From the NCBI GenBank assembly GCA_030688225.1, contig JAUYIO010000021.1, positions 12,080 through 76,079 of the forward strand: 64,000 nt of DNA, given 5' to 3'. This document shows, piece by piece, positions 1 to 8,852 of the stretch. The notes below the pieces were generated by a model, which made no database searches, was not told where the DNA came from, and worked only from the letters and a program-made list of their open reading frames with translations. A program made the translations under genes and the position numbers. The stretch comes from Nanobdellota archaeon (GTDB taxonomy: Archaea; Nanobdellota; Nanobdellia; Pacearchaeales; GW2011-AR1). How positions within the stretch are numbered: the first letter of the stretch is position 1; every line of letters starts with the position of its first letter.

Positions 1-65
1 AAGAGGATTTATGCAAGAAGAGAGTGATTTCTAAACATTTAAAAAATTAATATATCTCCTAATTT

Positions 66-137
66 GGGACCTTAGCTCAGCGGGAGAGCACATGACTGAA
101 GCTCATGGTGTGCTGGGTTCGACTCCCAGAGGTCCCA
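66..137 (+). tRNA. tRNA-Phe (anticodon GAA)
   Basis: Cloverleaf read by eye: acceptor GGGACCT/AGGTCCC, D arm GCTC-AGCGGGAG-AGC, anticodon stem CATGA/TCATG with loop CTGAAGC (GAA), T arm CTGGG-TTCGACT-CCCAG, discriminator A; CCA not encoded. Confidence 0.85.
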
Positions 138-228
138 CTCCTTAAAATACTGAGTCCAATATTTTCTACATCTTGATAAAGATAGATAACTTCAAAACTT
201 TTATAAATAAGATTTATTTAGTTTAATT

Positions 229-492
229 ATGGCTGAGAAAAAAGGTGGTGAGGCATTAGGAATTTCTGGATTTACTCTTGCAATGGCAGGAATGTTTGGG
301 TTAATTTTAATGGGGCCTTTTAGCTTGCCGATATTTATTGTTGGATTTATTTTCTGCTGGATACAACAAAAAAGAAAATCTACAAAACTCGGAAAATCAG
401 GATTAATAATCAATGGCTTAGGAATAATTGCTTCATTAATCTGGGGTTATATTTTTTTAAAATACCTTTTTAGTTTAAATGCAACAGCTTAA
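229..492 (+). CDS. small hydrophobic membrane protein, hypothetical
   Basis: 87 aa ORF with two long hydrophobic segments; no recognisable motif. Confidence 0.3.
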   Translation: MAEKKGGEALGISGFTLAMAGMFGLILMGPFSLPIFIVGFIFCWIQQKRKSTKLGKSGLIINGLGIIASLIWGYIFLKYLFSLNATA

Positions 493-1045
493 AATGAAAA
501 AAAATCGCAAGGCTGCAATGGAGATGAGTGTTGGAACTATTGTTACAATAGTCTTACTAATGACAGTTTTAATTCTTGGAATTTTTCTTGTTCAGAGAAT
601 TTTCGGGACTGCAACAACAGTTATTGATTTAACAGATAACCAGTTAAGAGAAGAAATAAATAAATTATTTGGGGAAGATAAAGAGTTAGTAATTTACCCG
701 AGCTCAAGAAGAGTTGAAATAAAACAAGAAGATGAAGATGGTGTTGGAATTGGTATTAAAAATCTGTTGCAGGGAACCTCTGGAACAAGCACATTTTCAT
801 ACGAAGTTGTTGTAAGCGATGCTTCTGATTGTTCTGAATCAAAAGAAGAAATTGAAGAATGGTTCACTGTTGGACAGGCAGAGGAGAATATTCCTATTCC
901 TGTCGGAAGTTCTGCAATTCAAAAAGTTTTATTTAGAATTCCAACAGGGACTTCTCTGTGCACTGCAAGATTTAGAGTCAATGTAAATGCCGGAGAAAAA
1001 ATATATGCAACTGATTTCTTTGACATAACTGTGAAAGCAAAATAA
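479..1045 (+). CDS. hypothetical protein with N-terminal basic stretch plus TM (possible class III signal / pilin-like)
   Basis: N-terminus KKNRKAA-MEMSVGTIVTIVLLMTVLILGIF resembles prepilin-type signal; remainder acidic/Ser-rich, 2 Cys. Confidence 0.3.
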   Translation: MQQLKMKKNRKAAMEMSVGTIVTIVLLMTVLILGIFLVQRIFGTATTVIDLTDNQLREEINKLFGEDKELVIYPSSRRVEIKQEDEDGVGIGIKNLLQGTSGTSTFSYEVVVSDASDCSESKEEIEEWFTVGQAEENIPIPVGSSAIQKVLFRIPTGTSLCTARFRVNVNAGEKIYATDFFDITVKAK

Positions 1046-1081
1046 TTAAAGTTTTTTAAATTCCTTTTTCTTGAATAGTTA

Positions 1082-2476
1082 ATGATTAAAATTTACAACA
1101 CGTTATCAAGAAAAAAAGAGATATTTAAACCGATAAAGTCTGGAGAAGTGAAAATATATACGTGTGGCCCAACTGTTTATTATTATGCGCACATTGGAAA
1201 TTTTCGTGCTTATGTTTTTGCAGATATTCTTAGAAGAACTCTTGAGATGAATGATTATGATGTCAAACAAGTAATAAATCTCACAGATGTTGGGCATTTA
1301 ACTTCTGATCAGGATGAGGGTGAAGACAAAATTGAGAAAGAAGCAAAAAAAGAAAATAAAACTCCTAAGCAAATTGCAGATTTTTATACAAATGCTTTTT
1401 TTGAAGATTTTAAAAAATTAAATATTGAAAAACCAGAGGTTGTGTGCAAAGCAACAGAACATGTGAAGGAGATGATTGAACTTATAAAAAACCTTGAGAA
1501 AAAAGACTATGCTTATGTCGGCGAAAATGGAAATGTTTATTTTGACACTTCCAAATTCAAGAAATATGGAGAGCTAGCTAGACTTGATTTGAAAGAGTTG
1601 AAAGCTGGTGCAAGAATTAAAGTTGATAAGAAAAAGAAAAATCCTCGTGATTTTGTTTTGTGGTTTGTTGAAAAAGGCAGCAAATATAAAGAACATATTT
1701 TGAAATGGAAATCACCCTGGGGCGAGGGATGGCCTGGCTGGCATATTGAATGTTCTGCTATGTCAATGAAATATCTGGGAGAAACTTTTGATATTCATAC
1801 TGGAGGAGAGGATCACATTCCTGTTCATCACACAAATGAAATCGCACAAAGCGAAGGAGCAACTGGAAAAAAATTTGTAAATTATTGGCTTCATACTTCT
1901 TTCTTGCAATTTAATTCTGAAAAGATGTCAAAAAGCAAAGGAGGAATCTTGAGATTAGAAGATTTAGAAAAAGAAGGATATTCTCCTATGGATTTGAGAT
2001 ACTTTTATTTGTCAGGGCATTACAGAAAACCTTTGAACTTTACTTTTACAAACCTAAAAAATTCTAAAAATTCTTATGAAAGATTGAAGAATATAATTTC
2101 GGCTTTGAAAAAATCAGGAGAGAAAATAAATAATAAGAACATTGATGGTGCAAAAAAACAATTTCTGGAAATTATAAATGACGACTTGAATTCTCCTAAA
2201 GCGCTTTCATTTTTATGGGACATATTAAGAGAAGAAAAATTAAATGATTCTGAAAAATACAAACTTGCTTTGGAATTTGATAAAATTCTTGGGTTGAAGT
2301 TAGATGAAGAAGAAAAGATTAACATTCCTAAAGAAATTAAAAAATTATCAAATGAAAGAGAAACAGCAAGAAAGAAAAAAGATTTTGTTACTGCAGATAA
2401 AATTAGAGAAAAGATTAATAAATTAGGATATGTTCTTGAAGATACTGGGAAGGGGGTTGAAGTAAAAAAGAGATAA
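1082..2476 (+). CDS. cysS: cysteinyl-tRNA synthetase
   Basis: CGPTVYYYAHIGNFR (HIGH motif), KMSKSKG motif, Cys/Trp-rich active site region WGEGWPGWHIEC; 464 aa. Confidence 0.9.
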   Translation: MIKIYNTLSRKKEIFKPIKSGEVKIYTCGPTVYYYAHIGNFRAYVFADILRRTLEMNDYDVKQVINLTDVGHLTSDQDEGEDKIEKEAKKENKTPKQIADFYTNAFFEDFKKLNIEKPEVVCKATEHVKEMIELIKNLEKKDYAYVGENGNVYFDTSKFKKYGELARLDLKELKAGARIKVDKKKKNPRDFVLWFVEKGSKYKEHILKWKSPWGEGWPGWHIECSAMSMKYLGETFDIHTGGEDHIPVHHTNEIAQSEGATGKKFVNYWLHTSFLQFNSEKMSKSKGGILRLEDLEKEGYSPMDLRYFYLSGHYRKPLNFTFTNLKNSKNSYERLKNIISALKKSGEKINNKNIDGAKKQFLEIINDDLNSPKALSFLWDILREEKLNDSEKYKLALEFDKILGLKLDEEEKINIPKEIKKLSNERETARKKKDFVTADKIREKINKLGYVLEDTGKGVEVKKR

Positions 2477-3903
2477 TGGCTGTTCAATTTAATTATGTTG
2501 CAAAAAGAGGATGGAAACCAAAAAATCCTGATGAGAATTATATTATTACTCTGCTTAAAGTAGAACTTGATGAAAAAGCAGTAAAAGAAGCAAAGTATCA
2601 CCATTCTAAAAAAATTTCTGAGAAAAAATTTAGGAATGATTTGTTTGAAGAAGCTGCCGGAACTGTTGCTGCCGAGTCTTCAACAGGAACATGGACAAAA
2701 GTTTATGACGGGAAAGATTCAGGAATAAATCTGGCAAGCGAAAAAAGAGCAATGGCTTATGATTTGGATTATAAAAGAAGCATGTTCAAAATTGCATATC
2801 CTATAGAGCTTTTTGAATTGAACAATGTCTCTGGTTTGCTTGCAGGAGTTATAGGAAATATTGCTGGAATGAAAATGGTTTCTGCGATGAGAGTTTATGA
2901 TATTAGATTTCCAAGAAAAATGATTGAGGCTTTCCCTGGACCGAGATTTGGAGTTGAAGGAGTTAGAAAATTATTGAAAAAACCAAGAGGATGTTTAGTT
3001 GCAACTGTTCCAAAACCAAAAATAGGGAGAACAGACGAGGAACAGGCAAGACTTGCAAAGACATTGTTTACATCAGGTAATGGAACTTACGACGGGATTA
3101 AAGATGATGAAAATTTAACCAGTTTGAAATTTAATGATTTTTATAAGAGATGTAAAAAAGTTTTGGCTGAGGCAAAAGAAGCAGAGAAAAAAACAGGGCA
3201 CAAAAAATTTTATCTTTGCAACACCACTCACTCAGACATTAACGAAATGATGAAGAGAGCAAAAGCAATAAAAAATAATGGAGGAATTTTTATGATGATG
3301 GATGTTGTAACGACGGGCTTTGCAGCTGTAGATTACATAAGAAGAAATAATCCTGGTTTGGCTATTCATGCTCACAGAGCAATGCACGGATTTATTACGA
3401 GAGATAATTCTCCTGGAATTCATGGAGAAGGAAAACTTTACGGCTTCAGTATTTCAATGATTTTTTTGGCAAAATTATTTAGATTGCTTGGAGTTGATTC
3501 AATTCATGGTGGAAGTCCTCTTGCAAAAATGGAAGATTATGGGGAAGCAGAATATATTTGTAAAGTTCTTCAGGAAAAAAATCTAAAACCCCACCACAAA
3601 ATTCCCACACTTGGACAAAACTGGCATAAGATTAAACCAGTGTGGATGACTGCATCAGGAGGATTACACCCAGGAGATTTTGAATCTGTTTTGAGTAAAT
3701 TAGGAGATGATGTAATCATGCAATGTGGTGGAGGGTTATTAGGACATCCGAATGGGGTGGCTGCAGGAGTAAAAGCTATTGAGGAAGCAAGAGATATTTA
3801 TTACAAGAGAATTCCAATAAGAAAATTTGTTAAGGAAAACCCAAAATCAGAACTTGCTGTTGCTGTTAAACATTGGGGTTATGGACCTAAAATAGTTTAT
3901 TGA
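2476..3903 (+). CDS. rbcL: ribulose-1,5-bisphosphate carboxylase/oxygenase large subunit, form III (archaeal)
   Basis: AAESSTGTWT, VPKPKIGRTDEE, DGIKDDENLTS (carbamylated Lys + DDE), HAHRAMH, SGGLHPG, CGGGLLGHPNG all match catalytic motifs of bona fide RuBisCO (by memory of T. kodakarensis RbcL). Confidence 0.85.
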   Translation: MAVQFNYVAKRGWKPKNPDENYIITLLKVELDEKAVKEAKYHHSKKISEKKFRNDLFEEAAGTVAAESSTGTWTKVYDGKDSGINLASEKRAMAYDLDYKRSMFKIAYPIELFELNNVSGLLAGVIGNIAGMKMVSAMRVYDIRFPRKMIEAFPGPRFGVEGVRKLLKKPRGCLVATVPKPKIGRTDEEQARLAKTLFTSGNGTYDGIKDDENLTSLKFNDFYKRCKKVLAEAKEAEKKTGHKKFYLCNTTHSDINEMMKRAKAIKNNGGIFMMMDVVTTGFAAVDYIRRNNPGLAIHAHRAMHGFITRDNSPGIHGEGKLYGFSISMIFLAKLFRLLGVDSIHGGSPLAKMEDYGEAEYICKVLQEKNLKPHHKIPTLGQNWHKIKPVWMTASGGLHPGDFESVLSKLGDDVIMQCGGGLLGHPNGVAAGVKAIEEARDIYYKRIPIRKFVKENPKSELAVAVKHWGYGPKIVY

Positions 3904-4026
3904 AAATGGGTTTCTTTTTTAGAAACGGGTTTTTCTTTGTAAAGAAAAACTACGATGGTAAAGAAACTCAAGATAGCATGGTAGAAAAAACTACAATTGT
4001 AAAATAAATTTTGAAATGAAATAAAA

Positions 4027-4260
4027 ATGGTGAAAAAAAGAGAACAAAATTTTAAGAGTGAATTTAAAAGATCTTTAAGCACTGCAATAATTGCTGCATT
4101 CAGCTTACTTGCTGCTCTTAGCTGGAGCGATGTTATAAGAGATTATCTTGGAAAACTTGAAAGTGTTAGCATTTTCCAAGGGAAGATTATCCTTTCAACA
4201 ATTGTAACACTCTTGGCAGCTCTTGCAGTTTATGTTGCTTCTAAAATAAATAAAAAATGA
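4027..4260 (+). CDS. small two-TM membrane protein, hypothetical
   Basis: 77 aa, basic N-terminus then two hydrophobic helices. Confidence 0.3.
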   Translation: MVKKREQNFKSEFKRSLSTAIIAAFSLLAALSWSDVIRDYLGKLESVSIFQGKIILSTIVTLLAALAVYVASKINKK

Positions 4261-4697
4261 AATTCAGAAAATCTGTTTTTATCGTCGTGTATTCTAAAAA
4301 TAAAAACAAAGTTGAATTTTTAGTTCTGAAAAGAAAACTTCATTGGAAAGGATGGGAATTTCCGAAAGGAGGAATTGAAAGATTTGAATTAAAAAGAAGT
4401 GCTGTTAAAAGAGAAATAAAAGAAGAAACAGGTTTGGAAATCTTGAAAGTAAAAAAGTTTAACTTCAGTGGAAAATTCAAATACTCTAAAAAATTTCCAG
4501 ACAGGCCAAATTTTTTAGGACAGAGTTATTCTCTTTATGCTGTTGAAGTAAAAAAGGGAAAAGTCAAAGTTGATAAAAAAGAACATTCTGATTATAAATG
4601 GTTGGATTTCAAAAAATCTGAGAGAAAACTGACATGGAAAAATCAACGATATTGTTTAAGAATAGTTAACAAATCGCTTCAAAGTCAAAAGATGTAA
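4257..4697 (+). CDS. NUDIX hydrolase
   Basis: Nudix box GGIERFELKRSAVKREIKEETGL (Gx5Ex7REUxEExGU). Confidence 0.7.
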   Translation: MKFRKSVFIVVYSKNKNKVEFLVLKRKLHWKGWEFPKGGIERFELKRSAVKREIKEETGLEILKVKKFNFSGKFKYSKKFPDRPNFLGQSYSLYAVEVKKGKVKVDKKEHSDYKWLDFKKSERKLTWKNQRYCLRIVNKSLQSQKM

Positions 4698-4734
4698 CTT
4701 TTGCCTAATCAAAGGAAATGTTTAAAGATTGTGG

Positions 4735-5100
4735 ATGATTGGTTGGAGGATGAAACTCCGTGAATTTGAAACAACGTCTGGAAAGAAAGTTTTGGCTGGG
4801 AAAGATGCGAACACAAATGAGGATTTGATTAAGCAAGTTGGGGCGAATGAAGAAGTTTTTCATACTGCAAAACCTGGAAGCCCTTTTGTGAATATCAAAG
4901 GCGAAGCGAACAAAAAAGACATTAAAGAGGCTGCGATTTTTTGTGCAAGAAAAAGTCAGGACTGGAGAGACAATAAAACTGATGTTGAAGTTCATCATTT
5001 CAAAGGAAAAGATATTTATAAAACGAAAGGAATGAAACTTGGAACTTTTGGAGTGAAGAAATTTAAAGTAATTAAAATTAAAAGGAAAGAATTGGAATGA
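4735..5100 (+). CDS. NFACT-R (DUF814) domain RNA-binding protein
   Basis: LAGKDANTNEDLIKQ...VFHTAKPGSPFVNIKG matches NFACT-R/DUF814 signature (GRDAxxNExL...H...GS..V); track ORF begins at a TTG, ATG at 4735 or 4750 more likely. Confidence 0.5.
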   Translation: MIGWRMKLREFETTSGKKVLAGKDANTNEDLIKQVGANEEVFHTAKPGSPFVNIKGEANKKDIKEAAIFCARKSQDWRDNKTDVEVHHFKGKDIYKTKGMKLGTFGVKKFKVIKIKRKELE

Positions 5101-5726
5101 TTTTTACATTAAAAGAAAAAAAAGATAAATTAACAGAGATGGTTTATAAAAAAAGTATGATAGAACTTTCTAAATTTTATGGGCTAAATTGGATAAAAAA
5201 TAGACCATCAATAATTTTTGTTGATACCAGAAAGGAAATAAATAAATTAAAAAGTAGAAAAACTGAGAAATGGGTCATTGGATGGAGTGAAAGGAACAAA
5301 ATATTTTTGCTTAATCCAAAGAAGTATAAAAAAGAGAGCAACCACAAATATTTCCGAAAAGAATTTATAGCATTAATAAAACATGAGCTAAGTCATTCTT
5401 TTTTCTCTATGAAAACACGAAGAGCTAGTTATAAACCATTGTGGTTAAATGAGGGAATAGCTATCTTTGTTTCAGGACAAAATAAATTCAAGAAAAAACC
5501 TGAAAAGTTTGAAAGAGTATTAAGTTTTTATGAGGAAGGGGGAGAAGGAATATATAAAGAATCTGGATTTTTAATAGAATTATTATTAAATAAATTTGGG
5601 AAAGCTAAATTAATCAAGTTAATTGAAGATCTTGAAAAAATTAATAGCAGAAAAGAATTTGAAAAATTATTCAAAAGAATCTATGGATTTGAATTAAATT
5701 ATGAGAAGATTAATAAAATAAAATGA
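5097..5726 (+). CDS. mini-gluzincin (MA-clan zinc metallopeptidase-like, Peptidase_MA_2-like)
   Basis: HELSH (HExxH) followed 20 aa later by WLNEGIA, the third-ligand Glu motif typical of M1-type gluzincins, in a protein of only 209 aa. Confidence 0.45.
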   Translation: MIFTLKEKKDKLTEMVYKKSMIELSKFYGLNWIKNRPSIIFVDTRKEINKLKSRKTEKWVIGWSERNKIFLLNPKKYKKESNHKYFRKEFIALIKHELSHSFFSMKTRRASYKPLWLNEGIAIFVSGQNKFKKKPEKFERVLSFYEEGGEGIYKESGFLIELLLNKFGKAKLIKLIEDLEKINSRKEFEKLFKRIYGFELNYEKINKIK

Positions 5727-5968
5727 AACCTATTGGAAAAATTCAGCTTGGAAAACAAGGACTAACTGAGAATTTTATAGGAAGTCTTAGGAATATTTTT
5801 AAAACTCATGAAAATGTCAAGATTTCTGTTTTGAAAAGTGCAGGACATGACAAAAAAAAGGTGAAAGAATATTCTGAAAAAATTTTGGAGAAATTAGGAA
5901 AAAAGTATACTGCAAGAAATATCGGATTTACAATTTCTATAAAAAAGTGGAGAAAAGAAAGAGGATAA
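5723..5968 (+). CDS. CRM-domain (YhbY/CRS1-like) RNA-binding protein
   Basis: IGKQGLTENFIGSLRNIFKTHENVKISVLK matches YhbY GKxGLT...EL(V/I)KV pattern; 81 aa. Confidence 0.55.
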   Translation: MKPIGKIQLGKQGLTENFIGSLRNIFKTHENVKISVLKSAGHDKKKVKEYSEKILEKLGKKYTARNIGFTISIKKWRKERG

Positions 5969-6009
5969 TTTAAGATATAAATTTTTAAAAAGAATCAAAA
6001 TCTTTTGCT

Positions 6010-6342
6010 TTGATGCCAGAAGAAAAACCTCTTTATGAAGACTCAGATTTGAAAATTGATTATTTTAAAAGCCCTGACGGAAACAAAAGTTGCGAGGACC
6101 ACGAGATACAATTTGTGTGTTCAAATGAAAGGTATATTCTTCTTCAAAGAGGAGTTTTAAAAGAATTGGCACATGCAAAAAGATCAAGGCTTATCCAAAT
6201 TCTTGATAATATTTCAGGTCACATGAGTTTTAAGGATTTACGCAGACATAATTTAACTGCAGATGCTATTGGTGTTGCAGCACATTGTGCTTACATAGAA
6301 GAAGAAAAAAGATTTGAAGAATACAAGGCAAAATCTTTATAA
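6010..6342 (+). CDS. hypothetical protein
   Basis: 110 aa ORF, no recognisable motif. Confidence 0.3.
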   Translation: MMPEEKPLYEDSDLKIDYFKSPDGNKSCEDHEIQFVCSNERYILLQRGVLKELAHAKRSRLIQILDNISGHMSFKDLRRHNLTADAIGVAAHCAYIEEEKRFEEYKAKSL

Positions 6343-6410
6343 ACCTCTTTCTCAATTAATTTTGAGGTAAATAACCTTTAGGTTAATCTATTGTCGCAAG
6401 ACAAGCCAAG

Positions 6411-6836
6411 ATGACAAGCGTATTTGAATTAAATGCTCATGAATATAACAGGAAATTAGCTGAAGCTTTGAAAAAAGTCCCTGAATTTGAAGAGCCTGAA
6501 TGGGTAAAGTTTGTGAAATCAGGGCCTGCAAAGGAAAGACCGATTGACGAGGAAGATTTCTGGTATAAAAGAGCTGCGAGTATTTTAAGACAAATTTACA
6601 AAAAAAATGTTGTCGGTGTTAGCAGACTTAGGACAAAATACGGTGGAAAAATACATCGTGGAATGAAACCTGAAGAATTCCGAAGAGCAGGCGGGAAGAT
6701 AATTAGAACAATTCTCCAGCAATCTGATAAAGCAGGATTTACAGAAATTGCAAAAGTGATTAAAGGTGTGAAAGGGAAAAAACCAGGAAGACAATTAACT
6801 CAAAAAGGAAAAGAATTTTTGGAGGGAATGAAATGA
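6411..6836 (+). CDS. rps19e: ribosomal protein S19e
   Basis: WYKRAASILRQIY ... GVSRLRTKYGG typical of eS19. Confidence 0.8.
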   Translation: MTSVFELNAHEYNRKLAEALKKVPEFEEPEWVKFVKSGPAKERPIDEEDFWYKRAASILRQIYKKNVVGVSRLRTKYGGKIHRGMKPEEFRRAGGKIIRTILQQSDKAGFTEIAKVIKGVKGKKPGRQLTQKGKEFLEGMK

Positions 6837-7072
6837 GTTATTCAGATAATTTAAGGCATGGAGAAAAAATGTACATAATTCCTTATGGATGTTCTAATGT
6901 AAAAGATGTTATTAGTGTAGAGCCGCAAACAGGGTTATTTACAAGATTAACCATTTATTTTCCAGGAGATAAATATCAGGTTATCTCTAATAGTCTTTTA
7001 AAAGAAAGAGGAATTAGTCTTAAAACTTATATTGAACAAACTGAAGGGTGGAGACCAAAAAATGGGAATTAA
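6833..7072 (+). CDS. hypothetical small protein
   Basis: 79 aa ORF wedged between rps19e and rpl39e. Confidence 0.3.
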   Translation: MSYSDNLRHGEKMYIIPYGCSNVKDVISVEPQTGLFTRLTIYFPGDKYQVISNSLLKERGISLKTYIEQTEGWRPKNGN

Positions 7073-7265
7073 AAATCAAAAGAAAAAAGAGACACTTGCG
7101 AAGAAGGGAAGGCAAACAAAGTGGGCGCCGGTTTGGATAGTCTTGAGAAAATTTGGTATGGGAAAAAGAGTTCATCCTTCAAGAATCACAAGATACAGAC
7201 GTTCGTGGAAGAGAACTAAGCTTCATATTAAACCAAGAAAGATGAGGAAATCTCACTTCGGTTAA
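7062..7265 (+). CDS. rpl39e: ribosomal protein L39e
   Basis: KKGRQTKWAPVWIVLRK...HPSRITRYRRSWKRTKL matches eL39; start moved to internal ATG at 7062. Confidence 0.7.
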   Translation: MGIKNQKKKETLAKKGRQTKWAPVWIVLRKFGMGKRVHPSRITRYRRSWKRTKLHIKPRKMRKSHFG

Positions 7266-7272
7266 GAATAAA

Positions 7273-7527
7273 ATGAAAAGTATAGAAACACCCTTAGAAA
7301 TTGCAAGGAGAAATTTGAGAGAAATAGATTGTATTCTAAATAGTATAAGAACACATAAAATATCTTTCTCTGCAGAAGGGGAAATATCTGAAAAAGGCAA
7401 TATCCCTCTCCCAAATAAAGAAATAAGGAATGCAAGAGAATGGGCAAAAATTTATGCTCAAAAAGGATGGTCTGGACAGATTGAAATAGAAGAATATAAT
7501 GGAGGATATTGCATAACTTATTTATAA
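7273..7527 (+). CDS. hypothetical small protein
   Basis: 84 aa ORF inserted between rpl39e and rpl31e. Confidence 0.3.
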   Translation: MKSIETPLEIARRNLREIDCILNSIRTHKISFSAEGEISEKGNIPLPNKEIRNAREWAKIYAQKGWSGQIEIEEYNGGYCITYL

Positions 7528-7530
7528 AAA

Positions 7531-8115
7531 ATGGCGAAAAAAACTGAGACAAAAACACCTGTTGAAAAAATTGAAAGAGAATATGTTATCCCTCTTAGAG
7601 AAAGATTGAGAAGTGTTCCAATTTACAAAAAAACTCCTAAAGCTATAAAGACAATAAAAGAATTTTTAGTGAAACACATGAAAATTTATGACAGAGATCT
7701 GAAAAAAATTAAGATTGACAAATATTTGAATGAATTTATTTGGGACAGAGGAATAAAAAACCCTGTTCATAAAGTAAAAGTCAAAGCAATTAAGGAAGGA
7801 GAAATTGTAAGAGTAGAACTTGTGGAAATTCCTGAAAGATTAAAATTCAAGAAATTAAGAGAGGAAAAGAGAGAACAAAAGTCAAAAGAAGTTTTAGATG
7901 GAAAAAAGAAAGTTCTTGAGAAGAAAACTGAAGAAAAACCAAAAGAAGAAACTGCTGAAAAAATAGAAGAAAAAAAGGTTGAAGAAAAGGAAAAAAAGGC
8001 TTCTGTTGTTGAGGCTGGAAAAGAAATTGAAAAAGCTGCAGCAAAGCAAATGAAACATCAGGTTGGTGGAAAGGAAAAAGCCCCTAAGATAAAAAGAGTT
8101 GCGCTGAAGAAATAA
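7531..8115 (+). CDS. rpl31e: ribosomal protein L31e with long K/E-rich C-terminal extension
   Basis: REYVIPLRERLRSVPIYKKTPKAIKTIKEFLVKHMK...NEFIWDRGIKNP matches eL31 core; about 90 extra K/E-rich residues at C-terminus. Confidence 0.75.
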   Translation: MAKKTETKTPVEKIEREYVIPLRERLRSVPIYKKTPKAIKTIKEFLVKHMKIYDRDLKKIKIDKYLNEFIWDRGIKNPVHKVKVKAIKEGEIVRVELVEIPERLKFKKLREEKREQKSKEVLDGKKKVLEKKTEEKPKEETAEKIEEKKVEEKEKKASVVEAGKEIEKAAAKQMKHQVGGKEKAPKIKRVALKK

Positions 8116-8144
8116 TTTTTATACTAAAGAGTTCTAAATTTTTT

Positions 8145-8852
8145 ATGCTGTCTCTAATTAAAAAAGAAATTCAATCTCTTGCAAATCCAGAACAGGCAAA
8201 AAATCTTCAAAGATTTTTCAAGACAGGAAAAGGACAATATGGAGAGGGAGATGTTTTTTTTGGACTGAATTCTCAACAAATAAAAGATGTTGCAAAAAAG
8301 TTTTATGAAACTGATTTGGGAAATATTCAAGAATTGATTAACTCCAAAATTCACGAGGAGAGAATGTGTGCGCTAAGGATTTTAATTCAACAATACAAAA
8401 AAGCTAAAAAAAATCCTCTGCAAAGAAGAAGGATTTTTGAATTTTATTTGAAAAATTCTAAAAAAATAAACAATTGGGATTTGGTTGATGTTTCTGCACC
8501 AAATATTGTTGGAGATTTTCTTGAAAGAGAAGACTCTGGAATTTTAAGACAACTTGCAATTTCTGAAAATCTTTGGGAAAAAAGGATTGCAATTGTTTCA
8601 ACTTACACATTCATTAAAAAAAGAAAATTTGGAGAGACTCTTGCGATTTCAGAGATTCTTATGAATGACGAACATGATTTGATTCATAAGGCTGTTGGAT
8701 GGATGTTGAGAGAAGTTGGAAAAAGAAACATGGAAGTGTTGGAAATTTTTCTTGCAACGAGATACAAAAAAATGCCGAGGACAATGCTGAGATATGCTAT
8801 TGAAAAATTTCCTGAAGAAAAAAGAAAAGCTTATTTGAAAGGAGAAATTTGA
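8145..8852 (+). CDS. DNA alkylation repair protein (AlkD/AlkC-like HEAT-repeat glycosylase)
   Basis: N-terminus QSLANPEQAKNLQRFFKTGKGQYGEGDVFFGL is the hallmark of the DNA_alkylation repair family. Confidence 0.7.
   Translation: MLSLIKKEIQSLANPEQAKNLQRFFKTGKGQYGEGDVFFGLNSQQIKDVAKKFYETDLGNIQELINSKIHEERMCALRILIQQYKKAKKNPLQRRRIFEFYLKNSKKINNWDLVDVSAPNIVGDFLEREDSGILRQLAISENLWEKRIAIVSTYTFIKKRKFGETLAISEILMNDEHDLIHKAVGWMLREVGKRNMEVLEIFLATRYKKMPRTMLRYAIEKFPEEKRKAYLKGEI

Noticed and set aside
1106-3423. Minus-strand ORFs inside cysS and rbcL (1106-1297, 2074-2604, 3232-3423), with similar shadow ORFs elsewhere (6585-6794, 7179-7558, 10234-10500, 17080-18507, 22159-22359, 24007-24954, 42011-42766, 53702-54361, 58295-58696, 63274-63633)
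   Set aside because: They are antisense to strongly supported genes, have low-complexity F/L/I/S-rich products and lack RBS; typical shadow ORFs of an AT-rich genome
2476-3903. RuBisCO-like protein (RLP, non-carboxylating) interpretation
   Set aside because: Lys of KDDE, HxHRAMH, and GGGxLGHP motifs are all present, as in carboxylating form III enzymes
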